From positions 32,001 through 96,000 of IMG/VR virus record IMGVR_UViG_3300044729_003129: DNA of 64,000 bases; one strand, given 5' to 3'. Position 1 is the first letter of the stretch. Every line of letters starts with the position of its first letter. The DNA comes from a virus. The notes under the pieces are model-generated. The model worked only from the letters and a program-made list of their open reading frames with translations. It was not told the origin of the DNA and searched no databases. A program made the position numbers and the translations under genes. Shown piece by piece: positions 47,147-56,764 of this stretch.

Positions 47147-47580
47147 ACCTTTTTCTTAACGTTGCCAATGCTATATTTTGAACGCAGGTCCCAGTTGAAT
47201 TTGTCTCTATGAGAGATAATTTTAATTTGTTTTAGACTAGTGGTATCTTTCACTTGATCTCTATTGACAATTTCAAGCAAACCCCAATCAGAAAGAAGAA
47301 TTGTAATTGTATTTCGGCGACACATGTCATCATACATAAATGTAGATGGCTTGCCGTCAAGCATAAAGAGTTCCTTAAAGTGCACAATAAAGTAGCGCCC
47401 TTGTTTATGCAAGATATGACAACTTTGAAAGAGTACATTCTCTTCTCGCTTAGAAGATACACCAATGCGAGAAAGAGTTTCTTTAATCTTTAAAAAGTCA
47501 TCAGGGTCATTCAAATATACCTCAAGCATCTGAGGCGGTGACCAATCAACGATATCTGTGGGGGAAAGTGGTACTGTCAT
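47143..47580 (-). CDS. regA: Translational repressor RegA
   Basis: DDFLKIKETL.RIG, QSCHILHKQGRY.IVHFKELF.LDG. Confidence 0.95.
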   Translation of the reverse strand: MTVPLSPTDIVDWSPPQMLEVYLNDPDDFLKIKETLSRIGVSSKREENVLFQSCHILHKQGRYFIVHFKELFMLDGKPSTFMYDDMCRRNTITILLSDWGLLEIVNRDQVKDTTSLKQIKIISHRDKFNWDLRSKYSIGNVKKKV

Positions 47581-47618
47581 AACGATATACTATATTTATA
47601 ATATATCGTGTTTACAAT

Positions 47619-47828
47619 TTACCGCCCTCTACTTTTTCTAGCAGCCTTATTTTTCTTGCGACGTTTTTCTACTCTCCCTGGAGATAAATTCTTTTTGCTA
47701 GAAGATGTTCTCCAGCCTCCTGCCATCATACGTTTAATAAACTTAGACGGATCAATCTGAAGTTTTTCAACTGGGGCGTTTGACAATACTTCTGCTTCAA
47801 TTACTTTTTCGTGTGCTTCCTCCGACAT
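47619..47828 (-). CDS. Small basic hypothetical protein
   Basis: RRKKNKAARKSR tail. Confidence 0.5.
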   Translation of the reverse strand: MSEEAHEKVIEAEVLSNAPVEKLQIDPSKFIKRMMAGGWRTSSSKKNLSPGRVEKRRKKNKAARKSRGR

Positions 47829-48249
47829 CTCTTTTGTTTTTTAGTTGTGTTAGTTGATTTTGAGTAAACAGGCTGAATACTGCTCGCGCCTTTTCGGCGC
47901 TATAAGAGTATTCATCCATAATACATTTTATATATTCAGAGTCATCTGACTTTTTTGCCCATTTGCTAAATCGCTTACGAGGACGTATACAATGTTTTAA
48001 AAAATCATACTGCATCTTGTGCGGCAAGAATGCTCGTCTATTCATTTCATTTGCAAGTAGTATAGTATCATTAAAGTATGACAGCCCGCGATTGATTATA
48101 AACGGCACATACTGTTTATCTAGACTATCATGATCAAGGCTTTCGCTGTTATCTGCTCGCGAAGCTTCTAGTAAATTTTTACCACTTTGTCCTTCATTAA
48201 TGCTATTAATAAAGTCAAATGGCGAGAGTTTTTTATTTTCTACACCCAT
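47797..48249 (-). CDS. 62: Clamp loader small subunit
   Basis: PFDFINSIN, Y.PFIINRGLS, QYDFL...RPRKRFSKW. Confidence 0.9.
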   Translation of the reverse strand: MGVENKKLSPFDFINSINEGQSGKNLLEASRADNSESLDHDSLDKQYVPFIINRGLSYFNDTILLANEMNRRAFLPHKMQYDFLKHCIRPRKRFSKWAKKSDDSEYIKCIMDEYSYSAEKARAVFSLFTQNQLTQLKNKRDVGGSTRKSN

Positions 48250-49181
48250 TCAATATTCACTAGTAATTCGGTCATACATGCAACCATGTTTAGTTCTTTG
48301 TCAGCCATAAATCCTGCTTTGTAAGAATAGTCGGCAAGAATAAGAACTGCAGACGGAATAGAAGATGGAGCGACAACATCATAGAGTGAATCATAGAGTT
48401 TACGAAAAACAACTGCACTATCGAGTGTGCTATTATTTACAACCCATGATCTCATCGACTTGAAGTCTTTGCTTTTAAGGTAACGAGCCAATTCAGCAAT
48501 ACTCTGATCTGACATACCAACCAAAATAGCAGTTGGAATCTCACCACTCGTGCTGTATCGTTGACACTCATTGAGCACTCTTCTCCAGTCTGGGGCATAA
48601 CGAATGATAAGTTCAGCAAGAGTCTGCTCATGATACTTGATTCCTTCAGTCTTAAGAATAAAGATCAACCGTTTCATAAAGTCACCAGCAAGAGAAGCCA
48701 ACGACTTTTTAGTAGTATTAAATTCAATTACTGAACAGCGGCTGTGTAGTGGTTCGATAATCTTATTCTTAAAATTGCAAGTGAGGATAAAGCGACAATT
48801 GTTGCTAAACTCTTCGATAAACCCGCGAAGTGCAGGCATTGTACTCTGGGGGTTAAGATAGTCAGCCTCATCAAGAATAACTACTTTGTATCCACCAGAC
48901 AACGACACAGTAGATGCAAACTGTTTAATCTTGTTGCGAAGCACATCAATACCACTTTCTTCAGAACCATTGATCAACATATAATCAAGGTTCAAGACAT
49001 TACACAGCGCACGTGCAACAGTAGTTTTTCCAAGGCCTGCAGAGCCAGCCAATAATAGATTGGGGAGTTGACGTCCTTGCACTATTTCATTGAATGTTTT
49101 CTTTAACTCTGCGGGAAGTACACAATCATCAATCGTCTGGGGACGATACTTTTCTACCCAAAGAAATTCATCAGTTTTCAT
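48240..49181 (-). CDS. 44: Clamp loader ATPase subunit
   Basis: LWVEKYRP, GLGKTT, DEADY, HSRC. Confidence 0.95.
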   Translation of the reverse strand: MKTDEFLWVEKYRPQTIDDCVLPAELKKTFNEIVQGRQLPNLLLAGSAGLGKTTVARALCNVLNLDYMLINGSEESGIDVLRNKIKQFASTVSLSGGYKVVILDEADYLNPQSTMPALRGFIEEFSNNCRFILTCNFKNKIIEPLHSRCSVIEFNTTKKSLASLAGDFMKRLIFILKTEGIKYHEQTLAELIIRYAPDWRRVLNECQRYSTSGEIPTAILVGMSDQSIAELARYLKSKDFKSMRSWVVNNSTLDSAVVFRKLYDSLYDVVAPSSIPSAVLILADYSYKAGFMADKELNMVACMTELLVNIEWV

Positions 49182-49192
49182 ATGTGACTATA

Positions 49193-49447
49193 TTATACCA
49201 AAGTGATTTGTTTGTACACACTTTTAATTTCTTCTGCTTCAGTTTCAAACTGTGCTGCAGTTTTCTTATGGTATAATTTAGCAACCTTACGAATCAGCGG
49301 CTTAGGCAAATCAAAGGCATCTGCGGTTGCAGAGATAATTTCTTTGATAGCATCTCGGCTCTCGTCTATTTTAGCGAGTTCGAGAGTAATTTCGCGAATC
49401 GCTCCAAGCAATTCCTGTTTTGTTTTATCGTCTTCAATTTCAATCAT
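49193..49447 (-). CDS. Small helical DNA-binding-like protein (DsbA/GapR-like)
   Basis: IKEI......F.LPK..IRK.AK.YH; synteny. Confidence 0.5.
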   Translation of the reverse strand: MIEIEDDKTKQELLGAIREITLELAKIDESRDAIKEIISATADAFDLPKPLIRKVAKLYHKKTAAQFETEAEEIKSVYKQITLV

Positions 49448-49453
49448 AATATA

Positions 49454-49687
49454 TTATTTTTCTCCAAAGTAATGCATATATGCAATAAATCCTGCTAATG
49501 CCCAAAAACCCAACGCATAGATGAAGGTCATGATGGGACTATTGGCACGGCGCTTAGACGCCGCTACTCCTGCCATTCCTCCCTTAGGATTCATATATTG
49601 CAACCATAACAGCACGCGTCCAGGAAATGCAAATATCTCGTATAGCATTCCGCCGCCACTAGTCCCATCAAGCCTATCTTTTGACAT
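49454..49687 (-). CDS. Small membrane protein
   Basis: C-terminal TM helix. Confidence 0.5.
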   Translation of the reverse strand: MSKDRLDGTSGGGMLYEIFAFPGRVLLWLQYMNPKGGMAGVAASKRRANSPIMTFIYALGFWALAGFIAYMHYFGEK

Positions 49688-49688
49688 A

Positions 49689-49955
49689 TTATTGTGTTAC
49701 AGTTTCTCCTTTAGCAAAATCAAAATTCAATTGATTGTCTGGTTGCTCATCAGAGGTATTAGAGGTTTCTGCATTGCCTTCTTCTTTTGCTGGAATATAT
49801 CCTTTAAGTTTTTCAAAAAGTGTTCCAACAATTTGGAATTCACTCGCTTCAAAACCGCCACGTCGAGATACTGTAGCAATAATGTTATGCATCAAAATAA
49901 GATCACCAAGAGTGATTTCATTTCCAGTTGTTTGTTCAGTTGTTTGTTCTTCCAT
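49689..49955 (-). CDS. Conserved hypothetical protein
   Basis: DL....II...RRGGF...E...VG. Confidence 0.55.
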   Translation of the reverse strand: MEEQTTEQTTGNEITLGDLILMHNIIATVSRRGGFEASEFQIVGTLFEKLKGYIPAKEEGNAETSNTSDEQPDNQLNFDFAKGETVTQ

Positions 49956-49966
49956 AGTAATATATA

Positions 49967-50641
49967 TTAGTTATTAAACGTTGAAGTTTTTTCCAGAGCA
50001 ATATAGTATTGCACTGGAGTATTTTCATTTTTCCAGTGGCTAATAAGTTTTGACGAGATATTCACCACATAGTCACCAGGAAGCACTTTAAGATTATTAA
50101 TCAAAAATTGCAGGTCAAATGAACCATGTTGTGAGTTGTTCTCATCTAATACCACTGAAAATGTATTTGCTGAAGAGTTTTTAGGATCAACAACAGAAAG
50201 TGTAACAGTTCCGTCTTCGCCTTTCAACGAAACAATTGAATGACCAAGTACTCCAGCTGCTTTACGAACTTGAGAGAGTAGTTCAGAAGTAATGTTTACA
50301 GTTAAATCAGACTGCGGCATATTGATCTTATTCTTAGGACTTGTAAGAATACTTTGATCTGCAAATCGGTAAGAGGCACGAGTACGTCCAGACTTAAACT
50401 GTACACTATCATTTGTAAACTCAAGATCTGGATCCTGAAGTAGCGAAAACATTGAGATAAATTCATTTAGGTCATAGATACCAAAATCAGCAGAGAATTG
50501 TTCAGTAATATCTGCAATTGCCATAATATTTTTGGCTTCAGAAATTGTAGAGAGTGGTTCTCCTGCTTTTACAACAAGATTAGAGTTGATGCCTGAGAAA
50601 TTCTTTAGAATATCAATTGTTTGAGAGGATAGTTTAGTCAT
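49967..50641 (-). CDS. 45: Sliding clamp
   Basis: LS..T..ILKNFSGIN, FGIYDLNEF, GDY.V, YYIALE. Confidence 0.93.
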   Translation of the reverse strand: MTKLSSQTIDILKNFSGINSNLVVKAGEPLSTISEAKNIMAIADITEQFSADFGIYDLNEFISMFSLLQDPDLEFTNDSVQFKSGRTRASYRFADQSILTSPKNKINMPQSDLTVNITSELLSQVRKAAGVLGHSIVSLKGEDGTVTLSVVDPKNSSANTFSVVLDENNSQHGSFDLQFLINNLKVLPGDYVVNISSKLISHWKNENTPVQYYIALEKTSTFNN

Positions 50642-50686
50642 AATGTAAGTGTATTATATATCAAAAAAGAGCGAGTGTAAATGCAA

Positions 50687-51004
50687 TTATTTTTGCATTT
50701 GTAATTCATAGTAAAAAAGTATGCATGCCATTGCGTGTGCAGCATGATGCAATCCAGACTCGCGGTCATAGGGCTCTCCTTTGCGGAGAGCCCATAGGTG
50801 TCGTTGAGCGGCGGCGAAATAGCGATTTTCGGCGTCGTCGAGTAGTTTCCAATTATCCCTAGAATATTTGTTTTTGCCGTATGTGAGCGCCTTTACTGTT
50901 TCATCAAGAGCATGCGGAGGAATTAAACTATAGTCGGGTTTTTCCGAATCATATTTAACTCCAACTTCGGCATTTGTTTTTTTCATAGGGAAGAAATGCG
51001 GCAA
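50687..51004 (-). CDS. dATP/dGTP diphosphohydrolase-domain protein (DUF5664-like)
   Basis: KYDSEKP.Y.LIP, YG..KY..DNW, RY..A..RH, D.ESGLHH.AHA. Confidence 0.85.
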   Translation of the reverse strand: MPHFFPMKKTNAEVGVKYDSEKPDYSLIPPHALDETVKALTYGKNKYSRDNWKLLDDAENRYFAAAQRHLWALRKGEPYDRESGLHHAAHAMACILFYYELQMQK

Positions 51005-51027
51005 CAGCTTTTACACTGTTGCCGCAT
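50996..51027 (-). terminator. Probable terminator
   Basis: ATGCGGCAACAG...CTGTTGCCGCAT. Confidence 0.6.
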
Positions 51028-51041
51028 ATTTAACTTAGCAA

Positions 51042-51320
51042 TTAGCCGTTCTTACGTGGGGTACCAAGGCGATAGCGATTGATGCGCTCGCCAGTACGGG
51101 TCTTGCGTGGGTTAAGGTAGATTGCAAGACCGTGGTCGTTGCGAAGCGAGCTGATGACGCGACTTGGGTCAGCAATACCAGCCTTACGTGCTTCGGCAGC
51201 GGAGAATTCATGACCTGCTTCAAGGAAAGCAAAGAGAGCTTCCTTTTGAGTCATGTTCTTAACGAGACGTGCCAACTTAGTTGTTTCAATTTTAGTCATA
51301 TTATATGTTTTCTGTTTCAA
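51042..51320 (-). CDS. Winged-HTH protein
   Basis: GIADP..VIS.LR..G..IY.N...YRLGTP. Confidence 0.65.
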   Translation of the reverse strand: MKQKTYNMTKIETTKLARLVKNMTQKEALFAFLEAGHEFSAAEARKAGIADPSRVISSLRNDHGLAIYLNPRKTRTGERINRYRLGTPRKNG

Positions 51321-51382
51321 TTATGTTTATTCAGTTTTGGTCTATAGATTCATAGTTTAGCGTAGACCAACCGCTAAAGTGT

Positions 51383-52558
51383 TTAAAATGGTGGTTCTTC
51401 TGGTGTTTGAGTTTCAGTTGCAGTTGCAGAGGTTGCTTCGGCCTGAATTTGGTTGCTGTCAATCTTGGTATAAAGATCGAGAAATGCTTCACGAGTTTCA
51501 GTTTCAAATCGAGCAATACACATTCCAATTGCAGTCAAACGATCGTGGAAGATGCTATAAGCCTTGACAATATGACACAAGCGACGAGTTGAGATGAGTT
51601 CATCGACCCCTTCCGCATCATATGTTTTGCGGATAACGCTACTCCATGCAACAAGCTTATCAACAAATTCATTGTCATCAACTTTGAAATACTCCATATG
51701 TTTGCTAATGATATTGCGTTCAACCTTGTAAGGAGGATATGGTTGATCAATTGTAGCCACAAATCGTTCAATAAAGGCTTCATCAATAATGTTTGCCGCG
51801 CTGTAGCGGCCATCATCTGACCCCCGGCCCTTGGTGTTTGCAGTAGCAATCACATTGAACCCTTGGGCCGGGGTGACGACTTCACCAACCTTTTTGATTA
51901 GAATTGGCTTACCTTCAAGCACCCCCTGAAGACACATAATCTTATTGCTGCCACGATCAAGCTCATCAATGAGCAAGATACAACCTCGCTCCATGGCTTT
52001 TACCACAGGACCTTTTTGGAATACAGTCTCGCCATTTATCAAGCGAAAACCACCAATTAGATCATCTTCATCAGTCTCAGGGGAGATTTGTACTCGAATA
52101 TACTCGCGTTTGAGTTTGGCGCAAGCTTGTTCAACCATCATAGTTTTGCCATTGCCTGACATACCAGAGATATAGAGCGGAAAAAACATTCGTGATTCAA
52201 TAATTTTTTGAATGGTTTTATATTCACCCCATTTAACAAAGGTATGGTCATTTTCAGGGATAAAGATTTCATCATTCGAGACCGAAGCCACTGCACAAGC
52301 AAGTTTCATTGCATGCTGAGGAACTTGCTGCACTGAGACTGGTGCGGTTGGAATGCTTGACTCTGTATCGAGCAGTCCAGAGATGTCAAATTTACCACGA
52401 CCAACTTTTCGCGCACGCTTGATAAAGACTTCATCAATTTCCCTAAACTTTAGGGAATGGGTCCGGCCAGCGTCAAAAATTGTCTTGCTAGAGACAGATT
52501 TTGGATCATTGTTAGCAAACAATTCTTTGAGGACAGATGCTTTTTGTTCGTTTGTCAT
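51383..52558 (-). CDS. CobS-like MoxR AAA+ ATPase
   Basis: GMSGNGKT, EDDLIGGFRL, LLIDELD, ATANTKG.G, AFIERF, ISTRRL. Confidence 0.9.
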   Translation of the reverse strand: MTNEQKASVLKELFANNDPKSVSSKTIFDAGRTHSLKFREIDEVFIKRARKVGRGKFDISGLLDTESSIPTAPVSVQQVPQHAMKLACAVASVSNDEIFIPENDHTFVKWGEYKTIQKIIESRMFFPLYISGMSGNGKTMMVEQACAKLKREYIRVQISPETDEDDLIGGFRLINGETVFQKGPVVKAMERGCILLIDELDRGSNKIMCLQGVLEGKPILIKKVGEVVTPAQGFNVIATANTKGRGSDDGRYSAANIIDEAFIERFVATIDQPYPPYKVERNIISKHMEYFKVDDNEFVDKLVAWSSVIRKTYDAEGVDELISTRRLCHIVKAYSIFHDRLTAIGMCIARFETETREAFLDLYTKIDSNQIQAEATSATATETQTPEEPPF

Positions 52559-52658
52559 ATTTTTGTATGTTGTGGTTGCTTTTGCTTACAGGATGATTAT
52601 ACACTAAAATTCACGATTTGTACATAAGAAAATGATAAAAAACTCACTTTTTTCACTT

Positions 52659-54938
52659 TTATGCAATAAACTCAGCAAATTTATTCAAAAACACTCTAGA
52701 AACACGTTTTTCAGTATTGAATTTAGCAAAATCCTTGGCAATCTTATTTTGTGACGAGTTGTCAGTCACGTCCTTTGAGAAGCCTTCACTCACAAACTCT
52801 TCACCATCTTCGGTAATATCGAGTCCATTTTTAGAGTCAAAGACGAAATATGCATCATAGCCAAATCCATTTTGAATAGCAAGACACTTTTCTTTCCTAG
52901 CAATCTTTTGTAGTGCATTAAACTCGATCACAGCATCTGACCATGAAAGATCACGTTTGCGGCTACGAAGAGCAGTGATGCAGTTATTTTTATAGTCTGA
53001 CTTGTAGTTTGCTACAAAGAAACCAATTACTGTGGTATCACATGTCCTCTTGAGGCTCATGATGAGATCGCGGTAGAGGCTTCGGATAGAGTGATTAGTA
53101 GACATCTCGATATTCTTACCATAGAGTGGCAACACTTTGGTCGCGTTCCAGGGACGAGGGTTTGTGTGTTCATACTCTTCACCTACGTTATTTTTACGAT
53201 AGCGCGGAGGGCATGAATCGCCGTCAGTTAAAAAGATTGTGTTCATCTTTTGAACCTTGTAGTTGTCACGAAAGCGGCGAACAATCTCATGAGCAATAAT
53301 AATAGTTTCATTGAGAGGTGTACCATTCATAACTTCATATTTGCTGTTGAATGCAAGTTCGCCACGACCATAAGAATCACGATAGATAGTCTGAGCTTTG
53401 AGTTCGCGACACGCAGTTTCAAACTCAGAGCGAGCCATGCGTGAGTGCAATAGTTGAAATATGATGGTATCAGAAAAGTCAAGATTGTAGCCAGGCAATG
53501 GACACTGTGATTCACTAGGATTGTGATAGCGACTTGTGAATCCATAGACTTCAAAGGGGATGCCGACCGCTTTACAAAATGTCACAAGTTGAAGAGCCTG
53601 AACGATCACTCGACCTATTGTATCACGCATCGAACCAGAATAGTCGATAAAAAATACCATGCCGTGGTTTTTAGCGTCTGCGAGTCGTGTGACACTCTTA
53701 AAGATCTGATCTTCAAAGCGATAGGAATGCAAGCGATTAACGTCTAGCGCTCCAGTAGTAGACCGAGTTGCCCGGCTATATTGGTATGCTGCCTTGCGAC
53801 GTTCAAACTCTTTGACGAGAATCGCAACATGTTTTTTAGTAGATGCAGCAAACTCTGTCCAGTCTTGAACAACTTGTTCATTTGTCATAATGGCCGAGTA
53901 GCGATATTCATCATGACGACGAGCAGCCATAATCTCTTTTACTGGAATGATAGCTGACATCATGTCCTGGACATAAGGCTTGTTGCACATTATATGAGTT
54001 GTTTCACGAACCTGCATGTCTTGCAGATTTTTTTCAACCTCACGCATGGTTTTAGATTGTAGTTCTTGAACAACTGATGAATGACCTCCCTCATTTCCAG
54101 AGCCTTGTGAATCAGAAGAGTTGTCGTTATCAAGCGGCTTTGAACTCGACATTGGATTTTGGCCCTCTTGATCAGTTTGTTGAGAAGACTGTTCGTCACC
54201 ATTATCTGAAGATTCATTTGAAGATTCGTCTGAAGATGTGTCGCTGTCTCGTTCATTGCCTCGCGAATCTGAATTTGAAGAATCTTGACCTTGTGTAGGA
54301 TCAATCTCGGTGTCATCATCAGTTTTAAAATCTTCAGAGTCTTGGGATTCATGAGACTGCTGTGTCTGTGGTTTTTCTCCTTTGACCATTTCAGCAATGT
54401 CTGCACAAATTTGCAAAACTTCATCGTAAGTATTTGCAGAGAGGCATCGTTTGTAAATATCTGTCTCTTTTTCGTTGAGAGGCACATCTACTAGTTGGCC
54501 GATTTTGGCACGCAAATTGAGGCGATCAGCAAATCCAAGAGTTGATAAGTCAACACCAGAGATTTTAAAAAAGTCTTTTTCGATAAAGTGACGATAACCA
54601 TTTTTAAAAGAGAGAACAAGACCTGGATATGTGTCTCTCACAAGTCGTTCAATACGAACATCTTCAACAATGTTTCCAATATCAAATGGCAGAGTAGGAA
54701 ACTTCTCTTTGAAACGAGTCACTGCATCTGATGGAGTATATAGAGCATGTCCAACTTCATGACCAATAAGTAAGTCAGACACATTCTTATTGTCTGTATT
54801 CCAAGTTGGAAGACCAAGCACACGATTCTTGACATCAAAAAATGCTGTCTTATAGTTGCCAATTGCAACTTGAATGTTCTCTTTAGCCAAGAGTTTGGCT
54901 AGGACTGTTTGACTCTCACGATTTGCTACTGCAACCAT
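52659..54938 (-). CDS. CobT-like protein: HExxH domain, acidic linker and VWA domain
   Basis: HEVGHAL, N.VED.RIE, DYSGSM (MIDAS), GTPL, LTDG. Confidence 0.85.
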   Translation of the reverse strand: MVAVANRESQTVLAKLLAKENIQVAIGNYKTAFFDVKNRVLGLPTWNTDNKNVSDLLIGHEVGHALYTPSDAVTRFKEKFPTLPFDIGNIVEDVRIERLVRDTYPGLVLSFKNGYRHFIEKDFFKISGVDLSTLGFADRLNLRAKIGQLVDVPLNEKETDIYKRCLSANTYDEVLQICADIAEMVKGEKPQTQQSHESQDSEDFKTDDDTEIDPTQGQDSSNSDSRGNERDSDTSSDESSNESSDNGDEQSSQQTDQEGQNPMSSSKPLDNDNSSDSQGSGNEGGHSSVVQELQSKTMREVEKNLQDMQVRETTHIMCNKPYVQDMMSAIIPVKEIMAARRHDEYRYSAIMTNEQVVQDWTEFAASTKKHVAILVKEFERRKAAYQYSRATRSTTGALDVNRLHSYRFEDQIFKSVTRLADAKNHGMVFFIDYSGSMRDTIGRVIVQALQLVTFCKAVGIPFEVYGFTSRYHNPSESQCPLPGYNLDFSDTIIFQLLHSRMARSEFETACRELKAQTIYRDSYGRGELAFNSKYEVMNGTPLNETIIIAHEIVRRFRDNYKVQKMNTIFLTDGDSCPPRYRKNNVGEEYEHTNPRPWNATKVLPLYGKNIEMSTNHSIRSLYRDLIMSLKRTCDTTVIGFFVANYKSDYKNNCITALRSRKRDLSWSDAVIEFNALQKIARKEKCLAIQNGFGYDAYFVFDSKNGLDITEDGEEFVSEGFSKDVTDNSSQNKIAKDFAKFNTEKRVSRVFLNKFAEFIA

Positions 54939-55042
54939 TGTGAGACTATTCTAGCATAAAAATCGGCACTTGTAAATAAAAAAGTGAAAATTTATGAAAA
55001 AAGTGCGGAAGTTAAGCTACCAAAGACTTCGGGGGCCTTCAA

Positions 55043-56764
55043 TTAGGCCATTTCCTTGATTTTTGTGAAGTTTTTAACCTTTTGGAACTCGATTTTTTGC
55101 TCAAATTTGCCTTCTAATAGATCTTGCTTATGACTAATCACGAATATGCGAGTGTCTGCATCTAATGTACCCATAATTTTAAGTAGGTTGTCAATACCAT
55201 CAGAATCAAGACTTGCGTCAAATACTTCGTCGAGAATGAGTAGATTTGTATTGCTACTATTTTTCATCTTTGCGACTTGTCTCCATGCAAAGAGCAGACT
55301 CAAATCTATTCGTTGTTTTTCTCCTTCACTAAATGAACTATATGAAAAGTCATCGCGATGACGTGAGCGTATCGTCTCTGTAAAATTTTCATCAAGGTTA
55401 AATGAAACAAAAAAGTCAAGAGTTTGCAGATAATGATTGATAAGCTTGTTCATGACAGGAAGATATTGACGAATAATTTTTGTTTTTATTCCAGTGTCCT
55501 TTAAGAGTTCAGCAATAACTTCATTGTACATTCTCTCTTCGAGTTGAGTAGACTTGAGTTCTTGGAGTGTGTCTCTTTCAGAATAGAGAGAATCTAATAC
55601 ATGTTGAGCATCAGCTGTCTCGGACGTCTCATGATGTGTGTTCATAAGTGTGGTCAGGTCAGAGATACGTTTTTCAAATCCAGCGATTAAATTTTGATTG
55701 CTATGTATCTTATTGTGTAATTTATTCAAACGCGCTAACTCAAGTGTTGCTTCTTGAACAGCATCACCAGTTTGCGTCAATGATTCCTTGAGCTTCTCAT
55801 AGCCAGAATTTAATTCTTGCGCGCTATGCCTGCATTGAGAGATTTTATTTTCACGAATGTCATCACTAATGCTTTGATTGCATGTTGGACATTCAGTATG
55901 ATTTTCATAAAACTGCGAGTCAGACACTATCTTTTTGATGTTATCTTTAATTTGTCTCTCGTATGACAGCAACGAAGCTTTTGTTTTTTCATGTCGTTGC
56001 AACTGACTCTGTGTCTTGCCATAGGCATCGCTATACTCTGCGCCTAGCGTCAAATTTTCTGCATTCATAGCAGACACATTGGCTTTAAGACCATCTATCT
56101 CATCAAGATATTTTGCAGCATTGCTCTCATTTAGTTGTTGCAAATGCAGCATATGTTTCTTTTGCAACTCTATCTTTTCCTTTGTAGTAAATAGTTGGTT
56201 TTCTGTGTCCTTTAAATTATCCTTAAGCTTTGCAGTGTTCTCCTTTAACACTGCGTTCATTTTACTAAACACCCCAATATCAAGTAGGTCTTCAATAACC
56301 TCACGACGGTGATGACTGCTAAGTTGCATAAATGGAATAAAGTTGCTGCTACCAAGCACAACAACCTGGTGAAAACTCTTGTGATTCAACTTTAAGATAT
56401 TTGTCTCAAGTAACTTTTGATAGTCACGCGAATGTGACTCTTGATTTATGAGTATTCCGTTTTGCCAAATTTCAAAAATGTTTGGCTTTAGACCACGAAT
56501 AATCTTATATTGTGATGGCCCTAATTTAAACTCAACAGTCACAAGACAATTTTTGCCATTGATGCTATTGATAAGTTGTGGCTTGTTGATGTTACGATGA
56601 GGTTTACCAAAAAGTACAAATGACAGTGCATCAAGCATGAGTGACTTGCCTGAACCATTGTGCCCAACAATAAGCGTTGAACGAGTGCTGTTTAGGTTCA
56701 TCGTAATTTCATTGTCGCCAACGCTTAAAAAATTACGATAACTCAAAGATGTAAAGATAATCAT
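55043..56764 (-). CDS. 46: Rad50/SbcC-like recombination ATPase
   Basis: GHNGSGKS, CPTC hook, FSEGEK, LDEVFD. Confidence 0.95.
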   Translation of the reverse strand: MIIFTSLSYRNFLSVGDNEITMNLNSTRSTLIVGHNGSGKSLMLDALSFVLFGKPHRNINKPQLINSINGKNCLVTVEFKLGPSQYKIIRGLKPNIFEIWQNGILINQESHSRDYQKLLETNILKLNHKSFHQVVVLGSSNFIPFMQLSSHHRREVIEDLLDIGVFSKMNAVLKENTAKLKDNLKDTENQLFTTKEKIELQKKHMLHLQQLNESNAAKYLDEIDGLKANVSAMNAENLTLGAEYSDAYGKTQSQLQRHEKTKASLLSYERQIKDNIKKIVSDSQFYENHTECPTCNQSISDDIRENKISQCRHSAQELNSGYEKLKESLTQTGDAVQEATLELARLNKLHNKIHSNQNLIAGFEKRISDLTTLMNTHHETSETADAQHVLDSLYSERDTLQELKSTQLEERMYNEVIAELLKDTGIKTKIIRQYLPVMNKLINHYLQTLDFFVSFNLDENFTETIRSRHRDDFSYSSFSEGEKQRIDLSLLFAWRQVAKMKNSSNTNLLILDEVFDASLDSDGIDNLLKIMGTLDADTRIFVISHKQDLLEGKFEQKIEFQKVKNFTKIKEMA

